This document shows, one piece after another, positions 31,233 to 42,903 of a stretch of 64,000 bases of DNA. Origin of the DNA: Ignavibacteriota bacterium. GTDB taxonomy: Bacteria; Bacteroidota; Ignavibacteria; UBA10030. The stretch covers positions 96,001 to 160,000 of the forward strand of contig CAVSHO010000010.1 in the NCBI GenBank assembly GCA_963727825.1. The letters are read 5' to 3'. The notes beneath the pieces are model-generated. The model did no database searches and was not told where the DNA came from. It was given only the letters and a program-made list of their open reading frames with translations. The position numbers and the translations under genes were made by a program. Each line of letters opens with the position of its first letter. The first letter of the stretch is position 1.

Positions 31233-31880
31233 ATGATACAAGCTGTGCTATTTGATCTTGACGGAGTATTAGTTTCAACCGACGAATATCATTATCGCTC
31301 ATGGAAAAAGTTGTCTGATGAAGAAGGATTTGATTTTTTCGATCAGGAGTTTAACCACAAATTTCGCGGTGTGGCTAGAATGGAATGCGTGGAAATAATA
31401 ACGAAAGCATCCGGAAAGAACTACTCTCCCGAGCAGAAACAGGAACTCGCTGATAGAAAGAACAGGTATTTCGCAGAGTCACTTTTATCGGTAACCACGG
31501 AAGTGCTTTTGCCCGGCGCTCTTTCTGCATTACACGAATTAAAAAGTCGTGGAATCAAGACAGCTGTTGCATCCAACAGCCGCAATGCTGTGACTATCAT
31601 CAGACAAGTAAAGATTGAGCATTTATTGGATGCAATCGTAGATGGGTACCAGATCGAGAATTCCAAACCTGACCCCGAGGTTTTTCTACTTGCCGCAAAA
31701 AATGTCGGCATTTCCCCCGCATATTGTCTTGTCGTTGAAGATGCTGTTGCTGGAATCGAATCCGCAAAACGCGCGGGCATGAAAGTTTTAGGCATCGGTA
31801 CGAAGGAACGGCTTCCTAATGCCAATATAGTCGTTCCAGATCTCTCTGCTATTTCAGTTGATGAATTATTAAAAATGTAA
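31233..31880 (+). CDS. beta-phosphoglucomutase family HAD hydrolase
   Basis: FDLDGV, ASNS, KPDPEVF and VEDA..G HAD motifs. Confidence 0.88.
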   Translation: MIQAVLFDLDGVLVSTDEYHYRSWKKLSDEEGFDFFDQEFNHKFRGVARMECVEIITKASGKNYSPEQKQELADRKNRYFAESLLSVTTEVLLPGALSALHELKSRGIKTAVASNSRNAVTIIRQVKIEHLLDAIVDGYQIENSKPDPEVFLLAAKNVGISPAYCLVVEDAVAGIESAKRAGMKVLGIGTKERLPNANIVVPDLSAISVDELLKM

Positions 31881-31957
31881 GTTATTGAATAAAATGCTCT
31901 CGTATCTTTAGAAAAGTAATAATTAACTCTTTCTCAATCTTATAAAGGAGTTTTTTC

Positions 31958-34006
31958 ATGAAGATCTATTCTACTGTATTTGCAACCATCATTGCTTTTA
32001 TTGTCGCCGGTGAGGCATTATGCCAAAACACTCAACCGCAGACAAAAGCGATTGATCCGGCGAATTTGGATCTTTCTATAAAGCCATGCGATGACTTTTT
32101 CCATTATGCTAATGGTACGTGGATGAAAAATAATCCAATCCCCGCAGCCTACGATCAATGGGGAAGCTTTAATATTCTTGCCGATCACAATAGCGATGTG
32201 CTTCATGAAATTCTCGAAGACGCAGCTAAGGATAAATCTGCTCCCACAGGAAGCAATAAACAAAAGATTGGCGACTTTTATGCCACAGGTATGGACTCTG
32301 CCTCGATTGAAGCACTGGGAATGAAACCTATCGCAGGAGAACTGGACCGCATTGGAGCGATCAAAAATATGACGGATGTGCAGGGAGAAATCGATCGTCT
32401 TCATTCTGTGAATCTGAATCCTCTTTTCGGCTTTGGCTCTGAACAAGATCCGAAGAATAGTAATGAAGTCATCGGCGAGATTCACCAGGGAGGTCTCGGG
32501 CTGCCTGAACGTGATTACTATTTTTCAGAAGAATCTCGCTCCAAACGAATTCGTGAAGAATATGTAAAGCATATGACGGCGATGTTTAAATTGATAGGTG
32601 ATGATACAACAAAGGCGGCTGCTTCCGCACAATCAGTGATGGCTTTTGAAACACAGCTCGCAAAGGAATCGCGTAAACTTGTTGATCTACGCGATCCTGA
32701 TAAGAATTATAATAAAATGACACAGGAACAGCTTGCAGCGCTCGCTCCTGCTTTCGATTGGAAACGATATTTTACCGATTTGGGATGGTCAAATCCAGGA
32801 AACGTTGATGTCGGTCAGCCAGAGTTTTTTAAAGAAGTGAATACCATGCTGGGAACCATTCCTATTGAGACATGGAAAAATTATCTCCGCTGGAGAGTGG
32901 TGAGCAACTCTGCAAACGCTTTAAGTTCCGCATTTGTAGCAGAAAATTTCCATTTCCGCGGAACGATAATGACCGGTACAAAAGAAATGCAGCCGCGGTG
33001 GAAACGTATCCGGGGTGTAATTGATGGTCTCTTAGGAGAAGCTGTTGGTGAAGTATATGTTGCAAAAGCATTTCCTCCGGAAGCAAAGGCTCGTGCATTA
33101 GAATTGGTCAATAATATTAAACTCGCGCTGCGTGAGCATATTAATAATATTACGTGGATGGATAATACAACAAAACAGGCAGCACTTAAAAAGCTTGATG
33201 CGATTATGGTGAAGATTGGATATCCCGACAAATGGCGGGATTATAGCAAACTCAGTATCGATCGAAAATCCTATCTGGAAAATGTACGGCAGGCAGCACA
33301 TTTTGCCATACAGCGTGAAATTAATAAGATTGGCAAACCGGTGGACAGAACCGAATGGGAAATGTCACCACAGATTGTAAATGCATATTATGATCCATCA
33401 ATGAATGAAATCGTATTTCCAGCAGGAATTCTTCAACCTCCGTTCTTCGATTTCAAGGCAGATGATGCCGTGAACTACGGCGGCATTGGCGTTGTTATCG
33501 GCCACGAAATTTCTCATGGCTTCGACGACCAAGGAAGCAAATTTGACGCAGAAGGAAATTTGAAGATGTGGTGGACACCTGAGACACGCAAGAAATTCGA
33601 TGAACGAACGGGAATTCTCGCTCACCAGTTCGATAGCTTTATCCCAATTGATTCACTTCACGTTAACGGAACAGCTACACTCGGCGAAAACATCGGCGAC
33701 CTGGGCGGACTTGCCATTTCCTATACAGCTCTGGAGAATACACTCAAAGGAAAGAATGTTGAACCCATTGATGGCTTTACACCGGAACAAAGATTCTTCC
33801 TTTCGTTTGCACAATTGTGGCGGCAGAATGTGCGCCCGGAACGGCTTCGGATGCTCGTAAAAGTCGACGTTCACTCACCAGGTGAGTTCCGGGTCAATGG
33901 TCCGCTGCCAAATCTTCAAGCATTCTATGATGCATTTGGATGCGGTCAAGATGGAAAAATGTATTTAGCTCCAGAAAAACGCGCGTTGATCTGGAATCTA
34001 AAGTAG
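31958..34006 (+). CDS. M13 family (neprilysin/PepO-like) zinc metallopeptidase, exported
   Basis: PCDDFFHYANG, VNAYY, GHEISHGFD (HEXXH), GENIGD; signal peptide. Confidence 0.95.
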   Translation: MKIYSTVFATIIAFIVAGEALCQNTQPQTKAIDPANLDLSIKPCDDFFHYANGTWMKNNPIPAAYDQWGSFNILADHNSDVLHEILEDAAKDKSAPTGSNKQKIGDFYATGMDSASIEALGMKPIAGELDRIGAIKNMTDVQGEIDRLHSVNLNPLFGFGSEQDPKNSNEVIGEIHQGGLGLPERDYYFSEESRSKRIREEYVKHMTAMFKLIGDDTTKAAASAQSVMAFETQLAKESRKLVDLRDPDKNYNKMTQEQLAALAPAFDWKRYFTDLGWSNPGNVDVGQPEFFKEVNTMLGTIPIETWKNYLRWRVVSNSANALSSAFVAENFHFRGTIMTGTKEMQPRWKRIRGVIDGLLGEAVGEVYVAKAFPPEAKARALELVNNIKLALREHINNITWMDNTTKQAALKKLDAIMVKIGYPDKWRDYSKLSIDRKSYLENVRQAAHFAIQREINKIGKPVDRTEWEMSPQIVNAYYDPSMNEIVFPAGILQPPFFDFKADDAVNYGGIGVVIGHEISHGFDDQGSKFDAEGNLKMWWTPETRKKFDERTGILAHQFDSFIPIDSLHVNGTATLGENIGDLGGLAISYTALENTLKGKNVEPIDGFTPEQRFFLSFAQLWRQNVRPERLRMLVKVDVHSPGEFRVNGPLPNLQAFYDAFGCGQDGKMYLAPEKRALIWNLK

Positions 34007-34025
34007 AAAATATTTTGAGATATTG

Positions 34026-34061
34026 ATCCCGTCTTTTGTCCCTCAAGAGACGGGATTTTTT
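34026..34061 (+). terminator. intrinsic terminator
   Basis: atcccgtct...agacgggat followed by a T-run. Confidence 0.75.
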
Positions 34062-34089
34062 CTATAGCAGCAAATTCCTATGGTAAGAG

Positions 34090-34163
34090 TGACCCCGGCG
34101 TGACTCGAACACGCGACCCACAGCTTAGAAGGCTGTTGCTCTATCCACCTGAGCTACGGGGCC
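34090..34163 (-). tRNA. tRNA-Arg(UCU)
   Basis: GGCCCCG-TAGCTCAGGTGGATAGAGC-A-ACAGC-CTTCTAA-GCTGT-GGGTC-GCGTG-TTCGAGT-CACGC-CGGGGTC-A folds as a cloverleaf with anticodon TCT; CCA not encoded. Confidence 0.96.
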
Positions 34164-34274
34164 AAATATATTTTCCAATGAACGCTTAGTCCCGCTCGCG
34201 CAGTGCGCGGCGGGATTCTCATTCTGACACTGAACTTACCTGCACTTCGTTTAGTAAATTCAGTCAGAATGGAA

Positions 34275-34312
34275 AAGGCTGTTGCTCTATCCACCTGAGC
34301 TACGGGGCCAAA
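34275..34312 (-). repeat. 38-bp exact direct repeat of the tRNA-Arg 5' half
   Basis: aaggctgttgctctatccacctgagctacggggccaaa occurs at both 34129-34166 and 34275-34312. Confidence 0.9.
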
Positions 34313-34458
34313 ATATCTGATAATGAGCACCAGTTTTAGACAAATGCATATTACGAAAAATTCAATTTTGATTCAATGTCCGTCGTCCATGCATAATAAG
34401 AAAGGCTCAGATATTTCCGAGCCTTCTCAATACTACGAGAACCAATGAAACAATGCTA

Positions 34459-34854
34459 TTAAGGTTTTATATCCTTTTCAACAAATGAAATATAATCATC
34501 AGTCGTTCTTGCCAAACGCTCGGCAAGATTAACGAGAATTTTTTTTGTCACATCGGGATACTCTGCAATTAGCTGGTCCAGAGGCATATCAAAATGAACT
34601 GCTTTTGTCGGTTCAAGCGCGATCAGCGAAACAGTGCACGGCGTATTAAGGATAAAACTCAATTCTCCAAATACTATTCCCCGCTCATTAAATTCTGCAA
34701 CCTGCCGGTCGTGTTTATAAACACCGATTCTCCCTTCCAATAATATATACCATCCATTCGGCTTTTCTCCCTCGGTCGTAATCTGCTCTAGCTCGGCAAA
34801 TGTTCGAATGTTACTGGAGTATTCCGACATATTTTTTTCTATAGAATTATCCAT
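34459..34854 (-). CDS. cyclic-nucleotide-binding domain protein
   Basis: EGEKPNGWYILLEG.IGV and VFGELSFI; no HTH domain. Confidence 0.8.
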   Translation of the reverse strand: MDNSIEKNMSEYSSNIRTFAELEQITTEGEKPNGWYILLEGRIGVYKHDRQVAEFNERGIVFGELSFILNTPCTVSLIALEPTKAVHFDMPLDQLIAEYPDVTKKILVNLAERLARTTDDYISFVEKDIKP

Positions 34855-34947
34855 TGTGCCTTTCTCCTTGTAGAACCAATGCTATATGTAATGTTAGCGA
34901 TTCCATTGGAATAATCCACGTATTTCACAAGCTCAATTTATTTTTGT

Positions 34948-36012
34948 TCACAAAGATATAGCTTGAATTGATTTAATCACATCTTCAACTTGAATTTCCT
35001 TCATACATCGGAAATGACTTTCCGGACATTCTTCACGGCCGATATGAGAGCAAGGCCTGCAATATAATCCATCCCGTTCCACTACTGCATTTTCTGTCCC
35101 TACCGGGAAAAAACCGAATTCGCGCACAGTTGAGCCAAAGATCGCAACCACTTTTTTCTTCATTGCAGCGGCAATATGCATCAGACCTGAGTCGTTGGTC
35201 ACGATAATTGTGCATGCGTCCATCGCAATCGCGCTTTCAAGAAGCGATAATTCGCCGCTGAGATTGATTGCACTTACTTCTTTACTTAATGAATTTATTG
35301 TTTTAGCGATAAAAGAACATTTTTCTTTATCTTGTTGTCCACCGAATAGAAGTATCTTTGCGTCATAATCCTTTGATAGTTTTGCGCCTAATTCTGCAAA
35401 ACGTCCCAGCGGCCAGCACTTGGTTGCATGCTTTGCTGATGGACAGAATCCGATCATCATGCCAGACTTTTGAACACTTAATTTTTTCATTTTGGCTGAA
35501 GCTTGCGCACGGATCTCATCTGAAATGTGCAACTCAAGGCCTTTGCCATCATTCTCAATCCTATACTTTTGTAAAGGCTCTATGTATCTGTCGGCAACGG
35601 ATATTACACCTCGGTAGAAATTCTTTTTCAATCGAATAAGCATCGTTCTTGAAAATATCCGCTTATTTATAACGACAACATCATTGGCTCCTAGCATCCA
35701 TCGAAGATAGCGGCTCCGTAAACTATTATGGATATCAATAACAAGATTATAGTGTTCTGCGCGAAGTTGATTTTTGAGCTTACGCAGTCCGGCAAGCCCA
35801 GTCTTCGCATCAAACTCATATATGCTGTTGAGATTTTTGTTATTGCAAATAAGTTCAGTGTATTCTTTCCGTACTATAAAATCTATTTTGGAAGATGGAA
35901 AACTTGCATGAAGCACGCGCATCAACGGCGTTGCCAATACGATGTCGCCTATTGAGCTAAATCGAATGATAAGTATTTTTTTAGGGGCGATCATATTGTG
36001 CTGAAAGTACAA
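34948..36012 (-). CDS. GT9 lipopolysaccharide heptosyltransferase (WaaF-like)
   Basis: KILIIRFSSIGDIVL, KCWP, TNDSGLMHIAAA; true start probably MIAPKK (~35992). Confidence 0.9.
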   Translation of the reverse strand: MYFQHNMIAPKKILIIRFSSIGDIVLATPLMRVLHASFPSSKIDFIVRKEYTELICNNKNLNSIYEFDAKTGLAGLRKLKNQLRAEHYNLVIDIHNSLRSRYLRWMLGANDVVVINKRIFSRTMLIRLKKNFYRGVISVADRYIEPLQKYRIENDGKGLELHISDEIRAQASAKMKKLSVQKSGMMIGFCPSAKHATKCWPLGRFAELGAKLSKDYDAKILLFGGQQDKEKCSFIAKTINSLSKEVSAINLSGELSLLESAIAMDACTIIVTNDSGLMHIAAAMKKKVVAIFGSTVREFGFFPVGTENAVVERDGLYCRPCSHIGREECPESHFRCMKEIQVEDVIKSIQAISL

Positions 36013-36212
36013 TGTTTTTAATGGAGGTGCAAACTTTCGTCTTCTGAATAAATCCTCTTATTAAAATTGGATGTTTTTTCCAATCGGCCCATTTAACTGC
36101 AATGTGGTTATCTAAGATTCTTGAATCTCGCCAATTTTTTCCGCATTTTGATTTAGTGAGCAGTTCTTCCTTGATATTAGGAAAAGACTTTTTTATTTGA
36201 TGGAACCCTAAG

Positions 36213-36977
36213 ATGATACTTATTTATCCAGCAATCGAAATCAGCCACAAATGTAGTGTCGAAATCGTTCACGGCATTTCAGGATCGGAACATATATACT
36301 CTGTAGACCCAGTTCAGTTGGCTGTGATGTTGCGAGGCGAAAATGCCAAGACATTACATGTTGTCGATGTGGATGGAGTTGCTGAAGGACGAATTGTGAA
36401 CGAAGATGTTATCAGAAGAATGGTCAAAGCTGTTGATATTCCAATTGAAATGGGTGGCGGCTTGAGGTCTTACGATGAGATAAAAAAAGTATTAAACCTC
36501 GGTGTATATCGTGTAACAATTGCTACGGCAGCCGTGGAGCAGCCCGGTTTAATTGAGCGGCTTTTGAAAGAATTTGGTACACGAAAAATTGACATCGCAA
36601 TAATTTCGGAAGGCGGAAAAGTCACAATCAAAGGTGGTGCAACACCAACTGAGATCTCGCCATTAGAACTTGCATTAAAAATGGTGCGCATTGGTGTTTC
36701 CCGAATTTTATATGGTGAACGCGAGAATGGCGATCTCGATAGATCATTGCCATACGATACGCTTAAGGAACTTGCGATTAAAACCGGAGTTCGAATTACG
36801 GCCCGCGGTGGTGTTTCCGACTATAGAGATTTAATGCGAATTCAGGAACTGGAAAAATACGGCGTCGATTCTGTCGTTATTGGGAAACCATTGTACGAGA
36901 ATCGTTTTCCATGTCAGGCACTTTGGCGCTTAAACGAATTAGCACTCACCGATCTTGGACCAACGCGAAGAATATAA
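36213..36977 (+). CDS. HisA-family TIM-barrel protein (divergent)
   Basis: YPAIEI, LHVVDVDG, MGGGLRS, ARGGV and VVIGKPLYE follow the HisA layout; the catalytic Asp positions look substituted. Confidence 0.78.
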   Translation: MILIYPAIEISHKCSVEIVHGISGSEHIYSVDPVQLAVMLRGENAKTLHVVDVDGVAEGRIVNEDVIRRMVKAVDIPIEMGGGLRSYDEIKKVLNLGVYRVTIATAAVEQPGLIERLLKEFGTRKIDIAIISEGGKVTIKGGATPTEISPLELALKMVRIGVSRILYGERENGDLDRSLPYDTLKELAIKTGVRITARGGVSDYRDLMRIQELEKYGVDSVVIGKPLYENRFPCQALWRLNELALTDLGPTRRI

Positions 36978-37959
36978 ATGACTATCACTATCATCGGACA
37001 TATCTGTAAAGACATCATCCATCTGCCCGGCGAAAAAGACGTTCCAGGAGGAATCATTCGGTGGAATAATGTTCACGCTACTAGCTCTTGCCAACTTGAT
37101 GAGTGAGAGGGATTGCGTCCAGCCAGTTTTTGGAGTTGGGCAGGCTGATTACGATATGTTGATAGAACAATTGAAACCGTATAAAAATATTGATGTGAGC
37201 GGCATTTTCAAATTTAAGGGTCCAACAAATCAGGTACACCTCTTTTATCAGAATGATGCTCAGACACGAATTGAATGTTCACAAAATATTTCTGCCCCGA
37301 TTCCGTTCAATCGTATCAAGCCATACTTAGACGGTAACGGTGTGCTAATTAATATGATTTCAGGAGCGGACATTACGCTTGAAACACTTGGATATATTCG
37401 GATGGAAGTTCGTGAGCGAGGTATTCCGATCCATTTTGATTTCCATTCGCTCACGCTTGGCACGGATCAGGAGTCTAAGCGCTTCCGCCGCCCTATCACC
37501 GACTGGCGGCGATGGTGCTTTATGTTGAATTCGATTCAGATGAGTGAAGAAGAAGCACTCGGATTATCAGCAGAACGATACGATGAGAAAACACTGACCA
37601 ACCATTTAATGACATTAATGGTCGAGACACTGCTCATTACACGAAGCGAGCGCGGAGTAACTGCGGTTGTGCAGGATATTCATAAGAAGCTGACACAGAA
37701 GGATATTGCCGGTGTTTCGCTCGGCAACGCGATAAATACAATTGGATGTGGAGATGTATTCGGCGCAGCATTTTTATACCAATATCTTAAGTCCAAAGAC
37801 AGCTTTGTTGCTGCAGAGTTTGCCAATAAAGTTGCAGCACTGAATGCAACATTTAAAAACATTAAGGAGCTTGAAGGATTGCGTTCGAATTTGGAACAAA
37901 TGGGAATTACTATTTCTAAACCAGTAACGAATGGAAAAAGCCCCAACGGCTCTCAGTAG
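36978..37959 (+). CDS. PfkB-family carbohydrate kinase; +1 frameshift near 37044
   Basis: ATG directly after the HisA-like stop gives [14 protein letters not shown]; removing one C continues ..[12 protein letters not shown] into ORF 37069; C-terminal [13 protein letters not shown]. Confidence 0.75.
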
Positions 37960-37976
37960 CCGAGGAGATTAGTAAT

Positions 37977-38825
37977 ATGATTCTAAAAGAACGAATCGAA
38001 TTATACTACCTGCAAGAAATCGACAAAATAGATAGGCATGAAGCGATTCAAACTTTCAATGAGTTCAAATTCTTTTTAAACAACGGAGAAATCCGCGCTG
38101 CATCTCCTTCTATGAAAGAAGAAAATAAATCCGGATGGATTGTCAATGATTGGGTGAAAAAAGGAATTCTGCTCAGCTTCCGGCTTGGCGAACTTGCGGA
38201 TAATTCTATTAACGAGCATTTCAGATATTTTGATAAGAACACATATCCGCTTAAGAAATTTACGCTCGATAATCAAGTTCGAATTGTGCCAGGAGGCTCA
38301 GCTATTCGCGATGGATCGTACATAGCGCCGGGTGTTGTAATAATGCCGCCAGCGTACATCAATGTTGGCGCATATGTTGACAGTAAAACGATGATCGATT
38401 CTCATGTGCTTGTCGGTTCATGCGCACAAATTGGAAAGCGCGTTCACTTAAGCGCTGCCGCACAAATAGGTGGTGTGCTGGAACCGGTCGGCGAGTTGCC
38501 AGTTATCATTGAAGATGATGTGTTCGTCGGCGGAAATACAGGCATTTATGAAGGTACTATTGTCAAACATCGAGCAATTATTGCAGCAGGTGTGATTCTC
38601 ACCGGCTCCACTCCCGTTTATGATTTGGTAAACGAAAAGATTTATCGCCGGACGAAAGAATTACCTCTCATCATTCCTGAAAATGCAGTAGTCGTTCCCG
38701 GCAGCCGAGCTATTGACGCACCCTTTGCAAAAGAAAATCGCATCGCGCTTTATACACCAATCATTATTAAGTACCGCGACGGAAAATCAGACGCGGCAAC
38801 AGTATTAGAAGAAAGTCTTAGATGA
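37977..38825 (+). CDS. dapD: tetrahydrodipicolinate N-succinyltransferase
   Basis: [30 protein letters not shown] and IGGVLEP motifs. Confidence 0.93.
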   Translation: MILKERIELYYLQEIDKIDRHEAIQTFNEFKFFLNNGEIRAASPSMKEENKSGWIVNDWVKKGILLSFRLGELADNSINEHFRYFDKNTYPLKKFTLDNQVRIVPGGSAIRDGSYIAPGVVIMPPAYINVGAYVDSKTMIDSHVLVGSCAQIGKRVHLSAAAQIGGVLEPVGELPVIIEDDVFVGGNTGIYEGTIVKHRAIIAAGVILTGSTPVYDLVNEKIYRRTKELPLIIPENAVVVPGSRAIDAPFAKENRIALYTPIIIKYRDGKSDAATVLEESLR

Positions 38826-39733
38826 AACGTATTCTTATCTGCGGCGCGAATGGATTGCTCGGCCAGCGGCTTTCACTAATGCTTAGCACGCAAAACGATT
38901 ACGAGGTTTTAAATACATCAGTTGAACGTTCATTTGTGTATGACAACAGATTATTTGATTATAACCAATTGGATATAACTAATCGTAGCGATGTAAAAAG
39001 TCTTATATCAAGTTTTCAGCCAAATGTGATTTTGAATGCAGCAGCAGCAACCAATGTCGATTGGTGCGAATCGAACCGCGAGGAGGCATGGAAAGTCAAC
39101 GTAACTGCCGTTGAAAATTTAGCAGAGGCATCGCGTAAAGTTGGTGCTCAACTTATTCACGTTTCTACCGATTATGTTTTCGACGGTAAAAACGGTCCGT
39201 ACGATGAAACAGCGAAGCCTAATCCCCTGGGATATTATGGTAAAACGAAACTCGCTAGCGAAAATACTATCCGAAGTGCAACGATTCAACATACAATTGT
39301 ACGAGCAATGGTTGTGTACGGCAGTGGAATCGACGTGAAAGCAAACTTCGCTCTTTGGATTATCAAGAATTTAAAAGTTGGCAAGCAAATTACTGTTGTC
39401 GATGATCAGTTTGGCAATCCGACGTATGTTGGCGATCTTGCAATGGCAATGATTAAAGCATTTGAGCTGAATCGCGAAGGTATTTTTCATGTCGGCGGTG
39501 GAGATCAATTAAGTCGTTACGATTTTGCTTTACAGGCAGCTGAAGTGTTCAACCTCGATGCGTCATTGATCAAGCGGATCAAGACAAGTGATTTAAAGCA
39601 AGCTTCTCCGCGCCCAATGATATCCGGTTTTATAACATTGAAAGCCGAAACTCAACTTGGTATGCGTTTTCTCAGCGTAAAAGAAGGATTGACACTGCTA
39701 AAACATGAACTTCAAAGCAATGGCAGAAATTAA
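38822..39733 (+). CDS. rfbD: dTDP-4-dehydrorhamnose reductase
   Basis: [20 protein letters not shown] and DQFGNPT motifs. Confidence 0.9.
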   Translation: MKRILICGANGLLGQRLSLMLSTQNDYEVLNTSVERSFVYDNRLFDYNQLDITNRSDVKSLISSFQPNVILNAAAATNVDWCESNREEAWKVNVTAVENLAEASRKVGAQLIHVSTDYVFDGKNGPYDETAKPNPLGYYGKTKLASENTIRSATIQHTIVRAMVVYGSGIDVKANFALWIIKNLKVGKQITVVDDQFGNPTYVGDLAMAMIKAFELNREGIFHVGGGDQLSRYDFALQAAEVFNLDASLIKRIKTSDLKQASPRPMISGFITLKAETQLGMRFLSVKEGLTLLKHELQSNGRN

Positions 39734-39754
39734 ATAATAAAGGTAATAACCCTT

Positions 39755-41020
39755 ATGCTAGACTTGAAATTTATTCGTGAAAACCGCGACCTCGTTCAAA
39801 ACGGCGCCGAAGCAAAAGGCATTATTATTAATCTTGACGCAATCTTTATCCTTGACGACAAACGCCGCGCACTTATACAAGAAGGCGATGCACTCAAAGC
39901 AAAACGCAATCTGGTTTCTGCACAAGTTGGTAAAATAAAGAAACAGGGCGGAGATGCAAGCTCAGTTATTGCAGAAATGGAATCGGTAAAAAATAGAATT
40001 CAAGAAATAGATCCTGAGATACGTTATATAGAAACGAATCTAAATTCTCTTCTTCTTACTGTACCAAACATCCCGCATCCATCAGTGCCGATTGGGCAAA
40101 CTCCAGCGGACAACAAGGAGATTTTTCGATGGGGCGAGATGATCGAAACCGATTTCCCGCTAAAGCCGCATTGGGAATTGGCAGAAAAGCTAAGCATCAT
40201 CGATTTCGATCGTGGCGCAAAAGTGTCCGGCGCAGGATTTCCATTCTATGTTGGTAAGGGCGCAACGCTGGAACGCGCACTTATCAATTTCTTCCTCGAT
40301 CAAGCGACCGAACGCGGATACAAAGAACTTATGCCGCCCATCGTCGTGAATGAAGACAGCACTCGAGGCACTGGACAAATCCCAGATAAAGAAGATTTGA
40401 TGTACATTGTCGAACGAGACAAGCTCTATATGATTCCGACAGCAGAGGTCCCTGTAACAAACTTCCATCGAGAAGAACAATTAAACGAAAAAGATTTACC
40501 GATTTGTTATGCCGCTTATACCCCGTGCTTCCGACGTGAAGCAGGTTCATACGGAAAAGATGTACGGGGCCTCAATCGTCTTCATCAATTTGATAAAGTA
40601 GAGTTAGTAAAGTTTGTTCATCCATCAAAATCGTACGATGAGTTGGAATCGCTGCGGCAAGATGCAGAATACCTCCTCCAACTTCTCGGCCTTCCCTATC
40701 ATACACTTTTAATGTGCACAGGTGATATGGGATTTACTCAAGCAAAAAAGTACGATCTTGAAGTTTGGGCACCGGGTCAGAAGAAATGGTTAGAAGTGTC
40801 ATCTTGCAGCAATTTTGAATCATTCCAGGCACGGCGTATGAACATAAAATTCCGACCCGGGAACGGCGGGAAGCCAGAAATTGTTCACACATTGAACGGA
40901 TCTGGTCTGGCGCTTCCACGAGTCGTTGCGGCCCTTATTGAACATTATCAAACACCGGAAGGGAAAGTTATCATTCCGAAGGCGCTTCACCCCTACACAA
41001 AGTTTGAAGTGATTGGATGA
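39755..41020 (+). CDS. serS: serine--tRNA ligase
   Basis: MLDLKFIR, IPTAEVP, FRREAGS, EVSSCSN and TLNGSGLA motifs. Confidence 0.97.
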   Translation: MLDLKFIRENRDLVQNGAEAKGIIINLDAIFILDDKRRALIQEGDALKAKRNLVSAQVGKIKKQGGDASSVIAEMESVKNRIQEIDPEIRYIETNLNSLLLTVPNIPHPSVPIGQTPADNKEIFRWGEMIETDFPLKPHWELAEKLSIIDFDRGAKVSGAGFPFYVGKGATLERALINFFLDQATERGYKELMPPIVVNEDSTRGTGQIPDKEDLMYIVERDKLYMIPTAEVPVTNFHREEQLNEKDLPICYAAYTPCFRREAGSYGKDVRGLNRLHQFDKVELVKFVHPSKSYDELESLRQDAEYLLQLLGLPYHTLLMCTGDMGFTQAKKYDLEVWAPGQKKWLEVSSCSNFESFQARRMNIKFRPGNGGKPEIVHTLNGSGLALPRVVAALIEHYQTPEGKVIIPKALHPYTKFEVIG

Positions 41021-41110
41021 TAGACCATTTTCAATTGACGATTTCGATTTCGAATTTTGTGTTATCAATTATTTTTCATTTTTCACTTTTTTATTGACCT
41101 TTTAACTTGA

Positions 41111-42872
41111 ATGCGACCGCTACTTCGTCTTAAACCATATCTACTTCGCTACAAAAAGACTCTCCTTTTTGGATTGCTAACGGTCATAGGAAGCAACGTA
41201 TTTACCGTTGTTCAGCCGATGTTTCTCGGTAAAGCTGTTGATGAATTGAAGCGCGGTATTGAGCTACGCACATTAGTCTCCGGCGACTTGCTAATGTGGG
41301 CTGGCCTCATTGTCAGTTTCTCCCTCATCGCCGGTATATTTACATTCCTGACTCGTCAAACGATTATCGTTATTTCACGGCATATCGAATTCGATTTACG
41401 CAACGATCTTCTTTCACATCTTCAAAAATTATCCTATTCATATTTCCAAAACAAGCCAACCGGCGATTTAATGGCGCATGCCACCAACGATATTAGCGCT
41501 GTGCGGAACGTCGTCGGCCCCGGTATTATGTATCCATCCGATACATTCATGACACTGACATTTATCCTGATTATGATGTTTATGAACGATTGGCAGCTCA
41601 CGCTTCTTGTGCTCATTCCAATGCCGTTTACTTCATATGTCGTGTATCGGTTAGGCAAGCTCGTGAATAAAATATTCACAGATCGGCAGGAACAATTTTC
41701 ATTGCTCACTACACGCGCGCAGGAAACACTCTCTGGTGTTCGTATCGTAAAAGCATACGTACGCGAAGAATACGAAGAAGAACGATTCCATAAACTCAGT
41801 TGGGATTATTTAAAAAAGAACCTCGTTCTTGCAAAGGTGCAGTCTATTATGTGGCCGTTGATGTTCGTGCTTGTTAGTCTATCGCTCATTATCACTATCT
41901 ATTTTGGTGGATTAAAAGTGATTGATGGACGAATGACTATTGGAACGCTGACAGCATTTATGGCATATCTAAGCATGCTAATTTGGCCGATGATTGCTTT
42001 TGGCTGGGTAACAAATATTTTGCAGCAAGGCGCCGCTTCTATGGGTCGATTATCTACAATTTTTGACACAGAACCAGAAATAAAAGATACCGAGGCAACA
42101 AATCATTCTCATCGATCACGTTGAAGGTGATATAGAATTCCGTTCTGTTTCCTTCTCGCATAAGAATGCGGGGCAACCAACTTTAAAAAACATCAATCTC
42201 AAGATTGATTCTGGCATGACAGTCGCAATTGTTGGATATACAGGAACGGGAAAATCGACGTTGGTCAATCTTATTCCACGCCTCTATGATATCACAAACG
42301 GCGAATTGCTCATCGATGGGAATGATATCCGAAAAATTCCACTTGATGTGCTTCGTTCCAATATCGGATTTGTACCACAAGAAACATTTCTTTTCTCTGA
42401 GACGATAGCCGAAAATATTCGATATGGTGTGGATATTTTCACTGAAGAAGACTTAAAATCGGCAGCAAATATTTCTCAGATTGCCAAAGATGTTTTAGAA
42501 TTTCCAAAACAGTTCGAAACAACCATTGGTGAACGCGGCATCACACTTTCCGGCGGACAAAAACAACGTACAAGTATTGCTCGCGCCATCATGCGCCAAC
42601 CAAAAATATTAATTCTTGACGACGCGCTTTCTGCTGTTGATACTTACACTGAAGAGAGAATTCTTCAACGCCTTCGTGAATTTATGAGGGGTAGAACAAG
42701 TATCATTATCAGTCATCGCATTTCAACAGTGAAGGATGCCGATTTAATTGTCGTACTCCAAAACGGAGAAATTGTTGAGCGCGGCACACACGATGAATTG
42801 GTAGAATTAAATGGAATTTATTCGGAACTGCACAGGAAACAGTTACTAGAGCAAGAGCTGGAGACGATGTAG
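41111..42872 (+). CDS. ABC exporter (TMD+NBD, MdlA-like); +1 frameshift near 42110
   Basis: TMD ORF 41111..42124 and NBD ORF 42216..42872 ([13 protein letters not shown]) join as ..[13 protein letters not shown].. if one C is removed. Confidence 0.85.
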
Positions 42873-42903
42873 ATATTCCGAATGCAAAATACTTCAATGA
42901 AAA

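Noticed and set aside
34164-34312. tRNA intron or split tRNA
   Set aside because: The 5' half is followed by a complete tRNA rather than a 3' half, and the spacer is too short for a group I intron.
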